From: Balanoglossus misakiensis
Taxonomy: Eukaryota > Animalia > Hemichordata
DNA length: 64,000 nucleotides
Reading direction: 5' to 3'
NCBI GenBank assembly: GCA_040954595.2
Contig: CM082576.2
Coordinates: forward strand, 19,515,028-19,579,027
Shown here: positions 1 through 14,200 of the stretch, piece after piece
Layout: every line of letters starts with the position of its first letter
Position numbering within the stretch: the stretch's first letter is position 1
Made by a program: the position numbers and the translations under genes
Notes under the pieces: generated by a model
Databases searched by the model: none
What the model was told of the DNA's origin: nothing
Seen by the model: the letters and a program-made list of their open reading frames with translations, nothing else

Positions 1-1
1 A

Positions 2-190
2 CAATTTTTTCCAATCAACTCGAAAATTACATTGCTTGAAGGAACTACTGCTGAAGCATTCATCAGCAGAAGTGTTGAAATGAACCTCTATTGAAACAGG
101 AATATGGTCGGAGTCAACAACATTGCAAAGACTCGAAATTGAAAGAACATTGCTATAAAAAATTTTAGTGGTAACACAGTGGTCAATCCA
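2..190 (-). pseudogene. Fragment of the apurinic-like endonuclease (APE) domain of a non-LTR retrotransposon (LINE ORF2)
   Basis: Manual translation of the minus strand 190->2 gives WIDHCVTTKIFYSNVLSISSLCNVVDSDHIPVSIEVHF...FRVDWKKL. The 'IDH...SDHxPV' motifs and downstream 'DW' are typical of the C-terminal part of LINE APE domains. An in-frame TGA lies two codons upstream and the frame runs off the window start. Confidence 0.8.
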
Positions 191-399
191 AACTCAGCGT
201 AATTCAATAAAACGCCCTAACACAGCCTGAACTCCGATAATGTGTTGTCCCAAAATTCATTCCGTGGAAAATAATCACTGGTCTGTTTACGTATTTCAGC
301 CGATTTTCCAAGGACTACTGCAACTCGCCAGAAGTGAGTAGCCTGCTAATGAGATCTCCACAACATTACGTAATGACGGTCAAAGTCCGATGCCCCAGT

Positions 400-791
400 G
401 TCCGTCCTCAGCCCACCAAAAAATGCGAAAAAATATTACAAAAATCTTCTTCTCAAAATCGACGTGGCCTAGGACCTTGAAATTTGGCACAGGGGATTTT
501 GGCCACATGGTCTACAAAAATCGCGAAAAGAATGTACATGCCCCCATTAACGTGCAAATTAGGTCAATTTGAAAATTTCGCTCGATTATAGCCACAAAGT
601 CACGTGACTAATTACAAATTCAAAGGGCAGGTGCACCAGTACTCATGGGCCCCAACCACCGTGCCAAATTTGGAGGCGCACCTGCCGGAATTTCAGAGAA
701 AAACGGGCGCAAAAAAACGACTCAAGAAGAAAGAAGACAAACTCCAGCAATAACAGAAGGGGACCAAGCGCCTGAGGGCTCTTGGTCCCCT
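400..791 (-). mobile_element. Partial Helentron-associated non-autonomous element (HINE/DINE-1-like), 5' end at 791; left boundary uncertain
   Basis: Perfect 11-bp inverted repeat AGGGGACCAAG (758-768) / CTTGGTCCCCT (781-791) abutting an A-run, preceded by an (AAG)n-like remnant at ~724-737. This is the same terminal layout as the element at 34831-36903. The opposite terminus was not found. Confidence 0.55.
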
Positions 792-1521
792 AAATATGGG
801 ACTAAACTTGACAGATACCCGGAATATTTTCCTATTTAGGATACCTGGTTGCATTTCCACCTAAAGGCGTCCTATTGGCGTGGAAATTTTATAACTTGAA
901 ATCGTTTGACTGGGTGATAGGTATTAATATCTTATGATGTTATAAAACACTTGGCTCGCCGAAGGTAAGGACCGATTATAGCGTCAGTCGTGTCATAAAA
1001 TATATATGAACGTCATGGGTCAATAAACTTGATGGTCCAATAAAATTTAATGGTTCGTAAAACTATTGTGTCCAATGTCTGCAGAGTATACTGGCTGCAA
1101 CATGTGTATGAGTCAGGATTAACGGCTGTAGCCATCAACCCAAAAGGTGAACGTCCTATTCTCACTAACTTAAATAGGTTTTGCGACCTAGTTGAGTGAT
1201 AAAAACCTTATGATAAAGTCGACACAATTTCAAGATGACGATGTGCAAATGAGAGTTCATAAGCTAAAGTAAAGTTCAATGAATTCTATACAAAGTTCAA
1301 AAAAGATTTTTTACTAAAGGAAGACATGAAAAAACTGATATCGTCTCTTCATATTCGTACATGTCCAACTGTTGTGATTTGACCCCCCCCCCCATGGTAC
1401 ATGAACCTATTACTTAGTACACACTTAAACAATTGGCATTTGAAGTGCCTTGCTTGACAGTGTTTAATGCGGTGGTCAGCCGCGTTTATCTCTCGCCACT
1501 TCATGCATCATGTCGCCTTAA

Positions 1522-1841
1522 AGGGACAAACTCTCTCTCTCGTCGCCCTTTTCTATTAATTATGTTTGATACAAGACACCGTTTATATTAATGGGCATGT
1601 GTATATGTAGTGAATGAACGTTCAACCACACACAACTTCCATCCTGCTTGTATGATATGAGAGTAAAAACTCGCCCAAAATGAATTAATGGTAGAGACCG
1701 ATTTTTCAGTTTTGCGAGTTTTCGCTCTCGTGTCTACATGCGGGATAGAAGGTGTGTGCGGTTGAACGTTGCATCACTATATATCCACATTTACATTAAT
1801 ATAAACGGTGTTTTGTATCAAACATGGAAAAGGGCAGCGAG
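1522..1841. mobile_element. Palindromic MITE, TTAA-flanked, AGGGAC terminus (Kolobok-like); right end truncated
   Basis: TTAA|AGGGAC start. Long self-complementary arms, e.g. TGTTTGATACAAGACACCGTTTATATTAATG vs CATTAATATAAACGGTGTTTTGTATCAAACA. Homologous to 2442-2732. Superfamily is inferred from the TTAA target and AG terminus only. Confidence 0.7.
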
Positions 1842-2441
1842 TTAAGGATGTACGATCAGTAAAATTGAAAGCATTGTCATTTCTTTTAATCGTGAATTTT
1901 CGTTTCTGATTTGTATGTATAATGAAAATCCATTTTGGGTCACTGCACTTGTTTTCGACTTTAAACAAGGCCGTGAATTTAGTCGACAATTGAAGAAAAC
2001 TGCTAACGGTCAGCATTTTCTACCAATGGTTTGTCTATGGATACAATATTGAACAAAGTTTATCTCAAAATAGAGCGTGATGAATTTATTTTGATTTGTC
2101 GGAGCTATGTGTAAAATTTCATGAAAATGACAATAGTAGAAGTGAGTTTTCTAACTATTCTCCATGTACTCCTATGGGAAGAGACACAGGCGCACAGTTT
2201 ACCAGTTGACGACCTCTAAAGAGGAAACGGGGGGGGGGGGATGATGAAAGGTTTAAGACTTACAGATCACAACTTAAAGAGCCATTCAGAAAGAGGCTTA
2301 GAGTGGAGTATCAAATCGGACGATACCACTGACTGGTGGAGGAAGACAAAATAAGCAAACTGAGTAGATGAGTGCTCAGATTTCTTCAGAGGACCAAACG
2401 TTTCAAAGATATAAACAGAACATTGTGGCTGTATTCATTGA

Positions 2442-2732
2442 AGGGACCAAGTCTCTCTCTCGCTGCCCTTTTTCCATTAATTATGTTTGATACAAGACTG
2501 CGTTTATATTATTCTACATGTGGATATAGTGAATCAACGTTCAACCATACACACCTTCCACCCCGCTTGTATAGACACGAGAGTTTTAAAAAGTAGCCAA
2601 AATGAATAAACGGTCTCTACCATTTATTCATTTCGGGCGAGTTTTTACTCTCGTATCATACAAGCCGGATGGAAGTTGTGTGTGGTTGAACGTTCATTCA
2701 CTAACATAAACGGTCTCTTGTATCATGTCCCT
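2442..2732. mobile_element. Second copy of the palindromic MITE family, opposite orientation, deletion in the right arm
   Basis: TTGA|AGGGAC ... GTCCCT|TTAA termini. The centre GGTCTCTACCATT is the reverse complement of AATGGTAGAGACC in the first copy. Confidence 0.75.
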
Positions 2733-3080
2733 TTAACACTTTTGAAGCATTTTACTAATGCTAACATGACTAGACCAATTGAATGATGTTACATTGCAGG
2801 TTATCAACTCAGAGGGGCGTCTTGTTATAAAGCGGTACCTGACAAACAATCAGCTGGCAACGCTGAAAATACCTGTCAGTCGTAAGTATGAAAGTATACA
2901 TCATTTGAGTAGAATTTTACGGGAGTTCCTAACAAGGCTTGGACATGTCACGCACAAATACAAAGGGCGCGTATAAAGACAGACAAAACCTCGCTCAGTG
3001 TGAGGTGTTCAGCGATTGCATCTGATAAGTTGAAAATGCTTGATCACGTGTCATGTTCAGTTGGGAAATTGGATATGTCT

Positions 3081-3342
3081 CAGGCCAAAAAAACTAATAT
3101 GTGCTATTCCGATTACATGGTTTTCAAAAATATTGTAGGTAGAAAGGGACATTTTTTTATTTTTCAATTTTTTTTATATCTTTGGCCGTCGTAGTGTAGA
3201 AGAATGACATCATAGATCTTGCGTGATTCTCGCAATTTTCATGAATTGTTTTATATTTGACATCGTTATTTTTACTTCCGGTTTGCGAAGATCTAAACTG
3301 TTTTGGGTCGGCGGGCTAAAATTAGGGTAGTTCGGGTAATCG
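3081..3342. mobile_element. Possible non-autonomous Crypton-like DNA element remnant
   Basis: AGGCCAAAAAAA...TTCCGATTAC at the left and GGGTCGGCGGG...TAGGGTAGTTCGGGTAATCG at the right resemble, from memory, ends of invertebrate non-autonomous Crypton-type repeats. CGATTAC (3110-3116) and GTAATCG (3336-3342) are inverted. Not verified by search. Confidence 0.35.
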
Positions 3343-3512
3343 TTATGACATTGGGAGCTACGGCTGCAAAACCATGTGTCTCGTGCAAAAAGGGCCCTTA
3401 ACCTTTTGCAATATTTAACAGCAAACAACAGACAGTTTTGAGAATAAAAGGTTTCCGTCGTGTCTGACTTTCATATCGCATTAATAGCATATCCCTAATT
3501 TTAAAGAAATTA

Positions 3513-3750
3513 GGAGAGACAGAGTGAAACAGGCAGAGTGGCAGACAGACACAAGCAGACAGACAGAGCAACATTCATCAGTAGAGACACTCACCGGTCG
3601 CTCGCTCGCTCGCTCACTCTCTCTCTCAGAGAGAGGGGGCAGACAGTCAGACAGACAGACGTTGACAGACAGTCAGTAAGTCAGTCAGCCAGTTAATCAG
3701 TCAGTCAGACGTCAAAGACACAGTGACACAAACACAGCGAGGGAGACAAA
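3513..3750. repeat. Compound degenerate microsatellite region (CAGA, CGCT, CT/GA, AGTC units)
   Basis: Directly visible runs such as GCAGACAGACAGA, CGCTCGCTCGCTCGCT, CTCTCTCTCTC and AGTCAGTCAG. Confidence 0.85.
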
Positions 3751-5238
3751 AGGACCTTTCATGCTTAAACCCCTGTTCTTCTGTTATAAACTTTGAAAAC
3801 CGTTCGTTTTCAGACTGCAGATTGCTCGAATAACGCGGCACACTGCCGAAACAATAAAACAAATACTAGTGGGAGCTCATAAAATAAAATCGCTCAACCA
3901 TTCCGTCGTCCTGAGTGACCTCAGCCACATTAATTCCGACGTCTTTTTAGGGTCATGAAAAAAGTCACAAATAAGGTATTTCCCCTAGGTCCACCTGAAG
4001 CAAAAAGTTTTCGTTTCGACTCCATCATTCCGAATAGTAAGAAAGCAACAAAATTGAAAAGACAGATGTAAAATGCAATCTCTCTCACGTGGTAACGTTT
4101 GTAACTATGGCAATCACGGTACGTGTTCAGTACACAGACAGGGAGAAAAGTTTCCCCATGCAATACATGTGTTCAGTAAGGTTTGACCTTGGTTTTACTT
4201 TGTACCATGATCGCCGCTTTCTAAGCATGGATGAACGACGGCGGTCAGACCCAATCGAACCCTTTCATGTCAGATGACCACGGTATCTCCAGTGTGAGAT
4301 GACATTTGACAAACCATTTGATTTCAACAAAATCTTCGCGTCGTCAACGCGTCGCATACCAGTCGCATATCGGTATTTACCCAATCATAAAAGTTGGAAA
4401 TTCGGGAGATTCGATCTGCAACCAAGTTGAGAGTAAATTTTGACGTTTGACTATTGGCAAGTAAACAGGTTACACAATGACTTGTCGGTTTTTCCTCCGT
4501 CATGGTCGTTCTTGACCCAAGTGTCCTTCCTTGACATTTAGACACACCTTGCGGTATGACCTTGGTGGTCATGTGCAATTAGTTTTCTTGTATAAGACGC
4601 TTTTCATGCCGGGGTAGACGACTTGTGCGTGGATCATCAACATTTCAGTGATATTTCAACGCAAAGTTTTAGCAATATTGAGAAAACAGGTAGTGAGGTG
4701 TCAAATGCATATCAATGTACGAAAATTAGGTCAAGCCACCCGACAGCAACCGCTTTCACACAGTGTCGGACGTTGCACGGAATGTGAAACGTTACACTGC
4801 TTCGGCCGTTCACATGCACCTGGGCGTGGTTTTGATTGATGGTCAAACGCCCCCACTTACTTTGGGCGTTTTCAATGGTAAATGTGTCGTATTGATCGAA
4901 ACCTTGCCGTAAACACATTTTTTTTGCTGAATCAACATTCAGAGTTCAGCCGTCTAGTTAACGAAGTATTGAAATAAGCCACTTGTTCATCATTTTTTGT
5001 CTGTCAAACGTGTTTATTCGGACAGGGACCGGCCGCCAATGAGTGGTTTAGGGAGCCCACACGTACACTCTGGTACCTGGACAATTAACAAAGACATGAC
5101 GTGTGTACCGTCCGGTTCGAAAAGATTGGTTTAAGGTAGTCCTGGTAACAGTCATCCTAACGAGGCCAGGGGAGGTCTCCAAGGGCGAAATAAACAAAGC
5201 TACCGATGACGAGTCGAATTCGAATCGGACGATGCTTG

Positions 5239-8200
5239 TTTTCGACTTTGCAAAATCTCAAAATTTCGTCGATTTTTGAAAAAAAATCATGGGTGAAAAT
5301 GCATCAAAAAATGAGAAATTTTCGACTTTGCAAAATCTCAAAATTTCGTCAATTTTGAAAAAAATCATGGGTGAAAATCATCAAAAAATGACAAATTTTC
5401 GACTTTGCAAAATCTCAAAATTTCGTCGATTTTTGAAAAAAATCATGGGTGAAAATCATCAAAAAAATGACAAATTTTCGACTTTGCAAAATCTCAAAAT
5501 TTTGTTGATTTTTGAAAAAAATCATAGGTGAAAATCATCAAAAAATGACAAATTTTCGACTTTGCAAAATCTCAAAATTTCGTCGGTTTTTGAAAAATAA
5601 TATGGTTGAAAATCATCAAAAAATGACAAAATTATCGACTTTGCAAAATCTCACAATTTCGTCGATTTTTGAAAAAAATCATGGGTGAAAATCATCAAAA
5701 AATTACAAATTTTCGACTTTGCAAAATCTCAACATTTCGTCGATTTTTGAAAAAAATCATGGGTGAAAATCATCAAAAAATGACAAATTTTGGACTTTGC
5801 AAGATCTCAAAATTACGTCGATTTTGAAAAAAATCATAGGTTCGTCGATTTAAAAAAAAAAACATGGGTGAAAATCATCAAAAAATGACAAATTTTCGAC
5901 TTTGCAAAATCTCACAATTTCGTCGATTTTTGAAAAAAATCATGGGAGAAAATCATCAAAAAATGACAAATTTTCGACTTTGCAAAATGTCAACATTTCG
6001 TCGATTTTTGAAAAAAATCATGGGTGAAAATCATCAAAAAATGACAAATTTTCGACTTTGCACAATCTCAACATTTCGTCGATTTTGAAAAAAACCATTG
6101 GGGGAAAATCATCAAAAAATGACAAATTTTCGAGTTTGCAAAATCTCAAAATTTCGTCGATTTTGAAAAAAAACCATTGGGGGAAAATCTTCAAAAAATT
6201 ACAAATTTTCGACTTTGCAAAATCTCAACATTTCGTCGATTTTTGAAAAAAATCATGGGTGAAAATCATCAAAAAATGACAAATTTTCGACTTTGCAAAA
6301 TCTCAAAATTTCGTCGATTTTGAAAAAAATCATAGGTTCGTCGATTTTAAAAAAAAAACATGGGTGAAAATCATCAAAAAATGACAAATTTTCGACTTTG
6401 CAAAATCTCACAATTTCGTCGATTTTTGAAAAAAATCATGGGAGAAAATCATCAAAAAATTACAAATTTTCGACTTTGCAAAATCTCAACATTTCGTCGA
6501 TTTTTGAAAAAAATCATGGGTGAAAATCATCAAAAAATTACAAATTTTCGACTTTGCAAAATCTCAACATTTCGTCGATTTTTGAAAAAAATCATGGGTG
6601 AAAATCATCAAAAAATGACAAATTATCGACTTTGCAAAATCTCAAAATTTCGTCGATTTTGAAAAAAACCATTGGGGGAAAATCATCAAAAAATGACAAA
6701 TTATCGACTTTGCAAAATCTCACAATTTCGTCGATTTTTGAAAAAAATCATGGGTGAAAATCATCAAAAAATTACAAATTTTCGACTTTGCAAAATCTCA
6801 ACATTTCGTCGATTTTTGAAAAAAATCATGGGTGAAAATCATCAAAAAATGACAAATTTTCGACTATGCAAAATCTCAAAATTTCGTCGATTTTGAAAAA
6901 AATCATAGGTTCGTCGATTTTAAAAAAAAAACATGGGTGAAAATCATCAAAAAATGACAAATTTTCGACTTTGCAAAATCTCACAATTTCGTCGATTTTT
7001 GAAAAAAATCATGGGAGAAAATCATCAAAAAATGACATATTTTCGACTTTGCAAAATCTCAACATTTCGTCGATTTTTGAAAAAAATCATGGGTGAAAAT
7101 CATCAAAAAATGACAAATTTTCGACTGTGCAAAATCTCAAAATTTCGTCAATTTTTGAAAAAAATCAGGGGTAAAAATCATCAAAAAATGACAAATTTTC
7201 TTCTTTGCTAAATCTCAAAATTTCGTCGGTTTTTGAAAAATAATATTGGTGAAAATCATCAAAAAATGACAAATTTTCGACTTTGCAAAATCTCAAAATT
7301 TCGTCCATTTTTGAAAAAAAATCATGGGTAAAAATCATCAAAAAATGACAAATTTTCGTCTTTGCAAAATCTCAAAATTTCGTCCATTTAAAAAAAAAAA
7401 CATGGGGGAAAATCATCAAAAAATGACAAATTTTCGACTTTGCAAAATCTCAAAATTTCGTCGATTTTGAAAAAAAATAATGGTTGAAAATCATCAAAAA
7501 ATGACAAATTTTCGACTTTGCAAAATCTCACAATTTCGTCGATTTTTGAAAAAAATCATAGGTTCGTCGATTTTAAAAAAAAAACATGGGTGAAAATCAT
7601 CAAAAAATGACAAATTTTCGACTTTGCAAAATCTCACAATTTCGTCGATTTTTGAAAAAAATCATGGGAGAAAATCATCAAAAAATGACAAATTTTCGAC
7701 TTTGCAAAATCTCAACATTTCGTCGATTTTTGAAAAAAATCATGGGTGAAAATCATCAAAAAATTACAAATTTTCGACTTTGCAAAATCTCAACATTTCG
7801 TCGATTTTTGAAAAAAATCATGGGTGAAAATCATCAAAAAATGACAAATTATCGACTTTGCAAAATCTCAAAATTTCGTCGATTTTGAAAAAAACCATTG
7901 GGGGAAAATCATCAAAAAATGACAAATTATCGACTTTGCAAAATCTCACAATTTCGTCGATTTTTGAAAAAAATCATGGGTGAAAATCATCAAAAAATTA
8001 CAAATTTTCGACTTTGCAAAATCTCAACATTTCGTCGATTTTTGATAAAAATCATGGGTGAAAATCATCAAAAAATGACAAATTTTCGACTATGCAAAAT
8101 CTCAAAATTTCGTCGATTTTGAAAAAAATCATAGGTTCGTCGATTTTAAAAAAAAAACATGGGTGAAAATCATCAACAAATGACAAATTTTCGACTTTGC

Positions 8201-11200
8201 AAAATCTCACAATTTCGTCGATTTTTGAAAAAAATCATGGGAGAAAATCATCAAAAAATGTCATATTTTCGACTTTGCAAAATCTCAACATTTCGTCGAT
8301 TTTTGAAAAAAATCATGGGTGAAAATCATCAAAAAATGACAAATTTTCGACTGTGCAAAATCTCAAAATTTCGTCAATTTTTGAAAAAAATCAGGGGTAA
8401 AAATCATCAAAAAATGACAAATTTTCTTCTTTGCTAAATCTCAAAATTTCGTCGGTTTTTGAAAAATAATATTGGTGAAAATCATCAAAAAATGACAAAT
8501 TTTCGACTTTGCAAAATCTCAAAATTTCGTCCATTTTTGAAAAAAAATCATGGGTAAAAATCATCAAAAAATGACAAATTTTCGTCTTTGCAAAATCTCA
8601 AAATTTCGTCCATTTAAAAAAAAAAACATGGGGGAAAATCATCAAAAAATGACAAATTTTCGACTTTGCAAAATCTCAAAATTTCGTCGATTTTGAAAAA
8701 AAATAATGGTTGAAAATCATCAAAAAATGACAAATTTTCGACTTTGCAAAATCTCAAAATTTCGTCGATTTTTGAAAAAAAATCATGGGTGAAAATCATC
8801 AAAAAATGACAAATTTTCGTCTTTGCAAAATCTCAAAATTTCGTCCGTTTTTGAATAAAAATCATGGGTAAAAATCATCAAAAATGACAAATTTTCGTCT
8901 TTGCAAAATCTCAAATTTTCGTCGATTTTTGAAAAAAAATCATGGTTGAAAATCATCAAAAAATGACAAAATTTTCGACTTTGTAAAATCAAAAAATTTC
9001 GTCGATTTTGAAAAAAATCAAAGGTTCGTCGATTTTTAAAAAAAAAACATGGGTGAAAATCATCAAAAAATGACAAATTTTCGACTTTGCAAAATCTCAA
9101 AATTTCGTCGATTTTTGAAAAAAAATCATGGGTGAAAATATCAAAAAATGACACATTTTCGATTATGCAAAATCTCAAAATTTCGTCGATTTTTGAAAAA
9201 AAATCATGGGTGAAAATCATCAAAAAATGACAAATTTTCGACTTTGCAAAATCTCAAAATTTCGTCGATTTTTGAAAAAAAATCATGGTGAAAATCATCA
9301 AAAAATGACAAATTTTCGACTTTGCAAAATCTCAAAATTTCGTCGATTTTTGAAAAAAAATCATGGTGAAAATCATCAAAAAATGACAAATTTTCGTCTT
9401 TGCAAAATCTCAAAATTTCGTCCATTTTTGAAAAAAAATAATGGTTGAAAATCATCAAAAAATGACAAATTTTTGACTTTGCAAAATCTCAAAATTTCGT
9501 TCATTTTTAAAAAAAATCATGGGTGAAAATCATCAAAAAATGACAAATTTTCGATTATGCAAAATCTCAAAATTTCGTCGATTTTGAAAAAAATCATGGG
9601 TTCGTCGATTTTTAAAAAAAAACATTGGTGAAAATCATCAAAATATGACAAATTTTCGACTTTGCAAAATCTCAAAATTTCGTCGATTTTTGAAAAAATC
9701 ATGGGTGAAAATCATCAAAAAATGACAAATTTTCGACTTTGCAAAATCTCAAAATTTCGTCGATTTTTGAAAAAAAATCATGGTGAAAATCATCAAAAAA
9801 TGACAAAATTTTCGACTTTGTAAAATCACAAAATTTCGTCGATTTTGAAAAAAATCATAGGTTCGTCGATTTTTGAAAAATATCATGGGTGAAAATCATC
9901 AAAAAATTACAAATTTTCGACTTTGCAAAATCTCAACATTTCGTCGATTTTTGAAAAAAATCATGGGTGAAAATCATCAAAAAATGACAAATTTTCGACT
10001 TTGCAAAATCTCAAAATTACGTCGATTTTGAAAAAAATCATAGGTTCGTCGATTTAAAAAAAAAAACATGGGTGAAAATCATCAAAAAATGACAAATTTT
10101 CGACTTTGCAAAATCTCACAATTTCGTCGATTTTTGAAAAAAATCATGGGAGAAAATCATCAAAAAATGACAAATTTTCGACTTTGCAAAATCTCAACAT
10201 TTCGTCGATTTTTGAAAAAAATCATGGGTGAAAATCATCAAAAAATGACAAATTTTCGACTTTGCAAAATCTCAAAATTTCGTCGATTTTTGAAAAAAAA
10301 TCATGGTGAAAATCATCAAAAAATGACAAATTTTCGACTTTGCAAAATCTCAAAATTTCGTCGATTTTTGAAAAAAAATCATGGTGAAAATCATCAAAAA
10401 ATGACAAATTTTCGTCTTTGCAAAATCTCAAAATTTCGTCCATTTTTGAAAAAAAATAATGGTTGAAAATCATCAAAAAATGACAAATTTTTGACTTTGC
10501 AAAATCTCAAAATTTCGTTCATTTTTAAAAAAAATCATGGGTGAAAATCATCAAAAAATGACAAATTTTCTATTATGCAAAATCTCAAAATTTCGTCGAT
10601 TTTGAAAAAAATCATGGGTTCGTCGATTTTTAAAAAAAAACATTGGTGAAAATCATCAAAATATGACAAATTTTCGACTTTGCAAAATCTCAAAATTTCG
10701 TCGATTTTTGAAAAAATCATGGGTGAAAATCATCAAAAAATGACAAATTTTCGACTTTGCAAAATCTCAAAATTTCGTCGATTTTTGAAAAAAAATCATG
10801 GTGAAAATCATCAAAAAATGACAAAATTTTCGACTTTGTAAAATCACAAAATTTCGTCGATTTTGAAAAAAATCATAGGTTCGTCGATTTAAAAAAAAAA
10901 ACATGGGTGAAAATCATCAAAAAATGACAAATTTTCGACTTTGCAAAATCTCACAATTTCGTCGATTTTTGAAAAAAATCATGGGAGAAAATCATCAAAA
11001 AATGACAAATTTTCGACTTTGCAAAATCTCAACATTTCGTCGATTTTTGAAAAAAATCATGGGTGAAAATCATCAAAAAATGACAAATTTTCGACTTTGC
11101 AAAATCTCAACATTTCGTCGATTTTGAAAAAAAAACCATTGGGGGAAAATCATCAAAAAATTACAAATTTTCGACTTTGCAAAATCTCAACATTTCGTCG

Positions 11201-14200
11201 ATTTTTGAAAAAAATCATGGGTGAAAATCATCAAAAAATGACAAATTTTCCACTTTGCAAAATTTCAAAATTTCGTCAATTTTTGAAAAAAATCAGGGGT
11301 AAAAATCATCAAAAAATGACAAATTTTCGTCTTTGCTAAATCTCAAAATTTCGTCGGTTTTTGAAAAATAATATTGGTGAAAATCATCAAAAAATGACAA
11401 ATTTTCGACTTTGCAAAATCTCAAAATTTCGTCGATTTTTGAAAAAAAATCATCGGTGAAAATCATCAAAAAATGACAAATTTTCGTCTTTGCAAAATCT
11501 CAAAATTTCGTCCATGTTTGAATAAAAATCATGGGTAAAAATCATCAAAAATGACAAATTTTCGTCTTTGCAAAATCTCAAATTTTCGTCGATTTTTGAA
11601 AAAAAATCATGGTTGAAAATCATCAAAAAATGACAAAATTTTCGACTTTGTAAAATCAAAAAATTTCGTCGATTTTGAAAAAAATCATAGGTTCGTCGAT
11701 TTTAAAAAAAAAAACATGGGTGAAAATCATCAAAAAATGACAAATTTTCGACTTTGCAAAATCTCAAAATTTCGTCGATTTTTGAAAAAAAATCATGGGT
11801 GAAAATTATCAAAAAATGACACATTTTCGATTATGCAAAATCTCAACATTTCGTAGATTTTGAAAAAAATCATAGGTTCGTCGATTTAAAAAAAAAACAT
11901 GGGTGAAAATCATCAAAAAATGACAAATTTTCGTCTTTGCTAAATCTCAACATTTCGTCGATTTTTGAAAAAAATCATGGGTGAAAATCATCAAAAAATG
12001 ACAAATTTTCCACTTTGCAAAATTTCAAAATTTGTTTGATTTTTGAAAAAAATCATAGGTGAAAATCATCAAAAAATGACAAATTTTCGACTTTGCAAAA
12101 TCTCAAAATTTCGTCGATTTTTGAAAAAAATCATGGGTGAAAATCATCAAAAAAAATGACAAATTTTCGACTTTGCAAAATCTCAAAATTTTGTTGATTT
12201 TTGAAAAAAATCATAGGTGAAAATCATCAAAAAATGACAAATTTTCGACTTTGCAAAATCTCAAAATTTCGTCGATTTTTAAAAAAAATCATGGGGGAAA
12301 ATCATGAAAAAAATGACAAATTTTCCTCTTTGCAAAATCTCAAAATTTCGTCGATTTTTAAAAAAAGACATGGGTGAAAATCATCAAAAAATAACAAATT
12401 TTCGACTTTGCAAAATCTCAAAATTTCGTCAATTTTTGAAAAAAATCAGGGGTAAAAATCATCAAAAAATGACAAATTTTCGTCTTTGCTAAATCTCAAA
12501 ATTTCGTCGGTTTTTGAAAAATAATATTGGTGAAAATCATCAAAAAATGACAAATTTTCGACTTTGCAAGATCTCAAAATTACGTCGATTTTGAAAAAAA
12601 TCATAGGTTCGTCGATTTAAAAAAAAAAACATGGGTGAAAATCATCAAAAAATGACAAATTTTCGACTTTGCAAAATCTCACAATTTCGTCGATTTTTGA
12701 AAAAAATCATGGGAGAAAATCATCAAAAAATGACAAATTTTCGACTTTGCAAAATGTCAACATTTCGTCGATTTTTGAAAAAAATCATGGGTGAAAATCA
12801 TCAAAAAATGACAAATTTTCGACTTTGCACAATCTCAACATTTCGTCGATTTTGAAAAAAACCATTGGGGGAAAATCATCAAAAAATGACAAATTTTCGA
12901 GTTTGCAAAATCTCAAAATTTCGTCGATTTTGAAAAAAAACCATTGGGGGAAAATCTTCAAAAAATTACAAATTTTCGACTTTGCAAAATCTCAACATTT
13001 CGTCGATTTTTGAAAAAAATCATGGGTGAAAATCATCAAAAAATGACAAATTTTCGACTTTGCAAAATCTCAAAATTTCGTCGATTTTGAAAAAAATCAT
13101 AGGTTCGTCGATTTTAAAAAAAAAACATGGGTGAAAATCATCAAAAAATGACAAATTTTCGACTTTGCAAAATCTCACAATTTCGTCGATTTTTGAAAAA
13201 AATCATGGGAGAAAATCATCAAAAAATGACAAATTTTCGACTTTGCAAAATCTCAACATTTCGTCGATTTTTGAAAAAAATCATGGGTGAAAATCATCAA
13301 AAAATTACAAATTTTCGACTTTGCAAAATCTCAACATTTCGTCGATTTTTGAAAAAAATCATGGGTGAAAATCATCAAAAAATGACAAATTATCGACTTT
13401 GCAAAATCTCAAAATTTCGTCGATTTTGAAAAAAACCATTGGGGGAAAATCATCAAAAAATGACAAATTATCGACTTTGCAAAATCTCACAATTTCGTCG
13501 ATTTTTGAAAAAAATCATGGGTGAAAATCATCAAAAAATTACAAATTTTCGACTTTGCAAAATCTCAACATTTCGTCGATTTTTGAAAAAAATCATGGGT
13601 GAAAATCATCAAAAAATGACAAATTTTCGACTATGCAAAATCTCAAAATTTCGTCGATTTTTAAAAAAATCATAGGTTCGTCGATTTTAAAAAAAAAACA
13701 TGGGTGAAAATCATCAAAAAATGACAAATTTTCGACTTTGCAAAATCTCACAATTTCGTCGATTTTTGAAAAAAATCATGGGAGAAAATCATCAAAAAAT
13801 GACATATTTTCGACTTTGCAAAATCTCAACATTTCGTCGATTTTTGAAAAAAATCATGGGTGAAAATCATCAAAAAATGACAAATTTTCGACTGTGCAAA
13901 ATCTCAAAATTTCGTCAATTTTTGAAAAAAATCAGGGGTAAAAATCATCAAAAAATGACAAATTTTCTTCTTTGCTAAATCTCAAAATTTCGTCGGTTTT
14001 TGAAAAATAATATTGGTGAAAATCATCAAAAAATGACAAATTTTCGACTTTGCAAAATCTCAAAATTTCGTCCATTTTTGAAAAAAAATCATGGGTAAAA
14101 ATCATCAAAAAATGACAAATTTTCGTCTTTGCAAAATCTCAAAATTTCGTCCATTTAAAAAAAAAAACATGGGGGAAAATCATCAAAAAATGACAAATTT

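Noticed and set aside
977-986. TATAGCGTCA identical to the HINE terminus at 34831
   Set aside because: Only 10 bp, and the adjacent hairpin and subTIR are missing; likely chance.
1846-2217. Possible additional TTAA-flanked element truncating the first MITE
   Set aside because: Putative TIRs are too degenerate to support a call.
5150-5238. Hammerhead-ribozyme-like strings (CTAACGAGGCC...GGGCGAAA; TGACGAGTC...GACGAT) next to the array start
   Set aside because: Each lacks an essential core base (CUGA or GAAA) and I could not build stems I and III.
3800-5238. CpG-richer unique region with short ORFs (TEEKP...CxxC at 4324-4578) and an 8-bp stem near 4845-4870
   Set aside because: No complete zinc-finger spacing, consistent exon chain or RNA gene fold could be established.
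5265-5285. CENP-B box in the monomer (TTCG...)
   Set aside because: Only TTCG matches; the required A and CGGG positions are absent.
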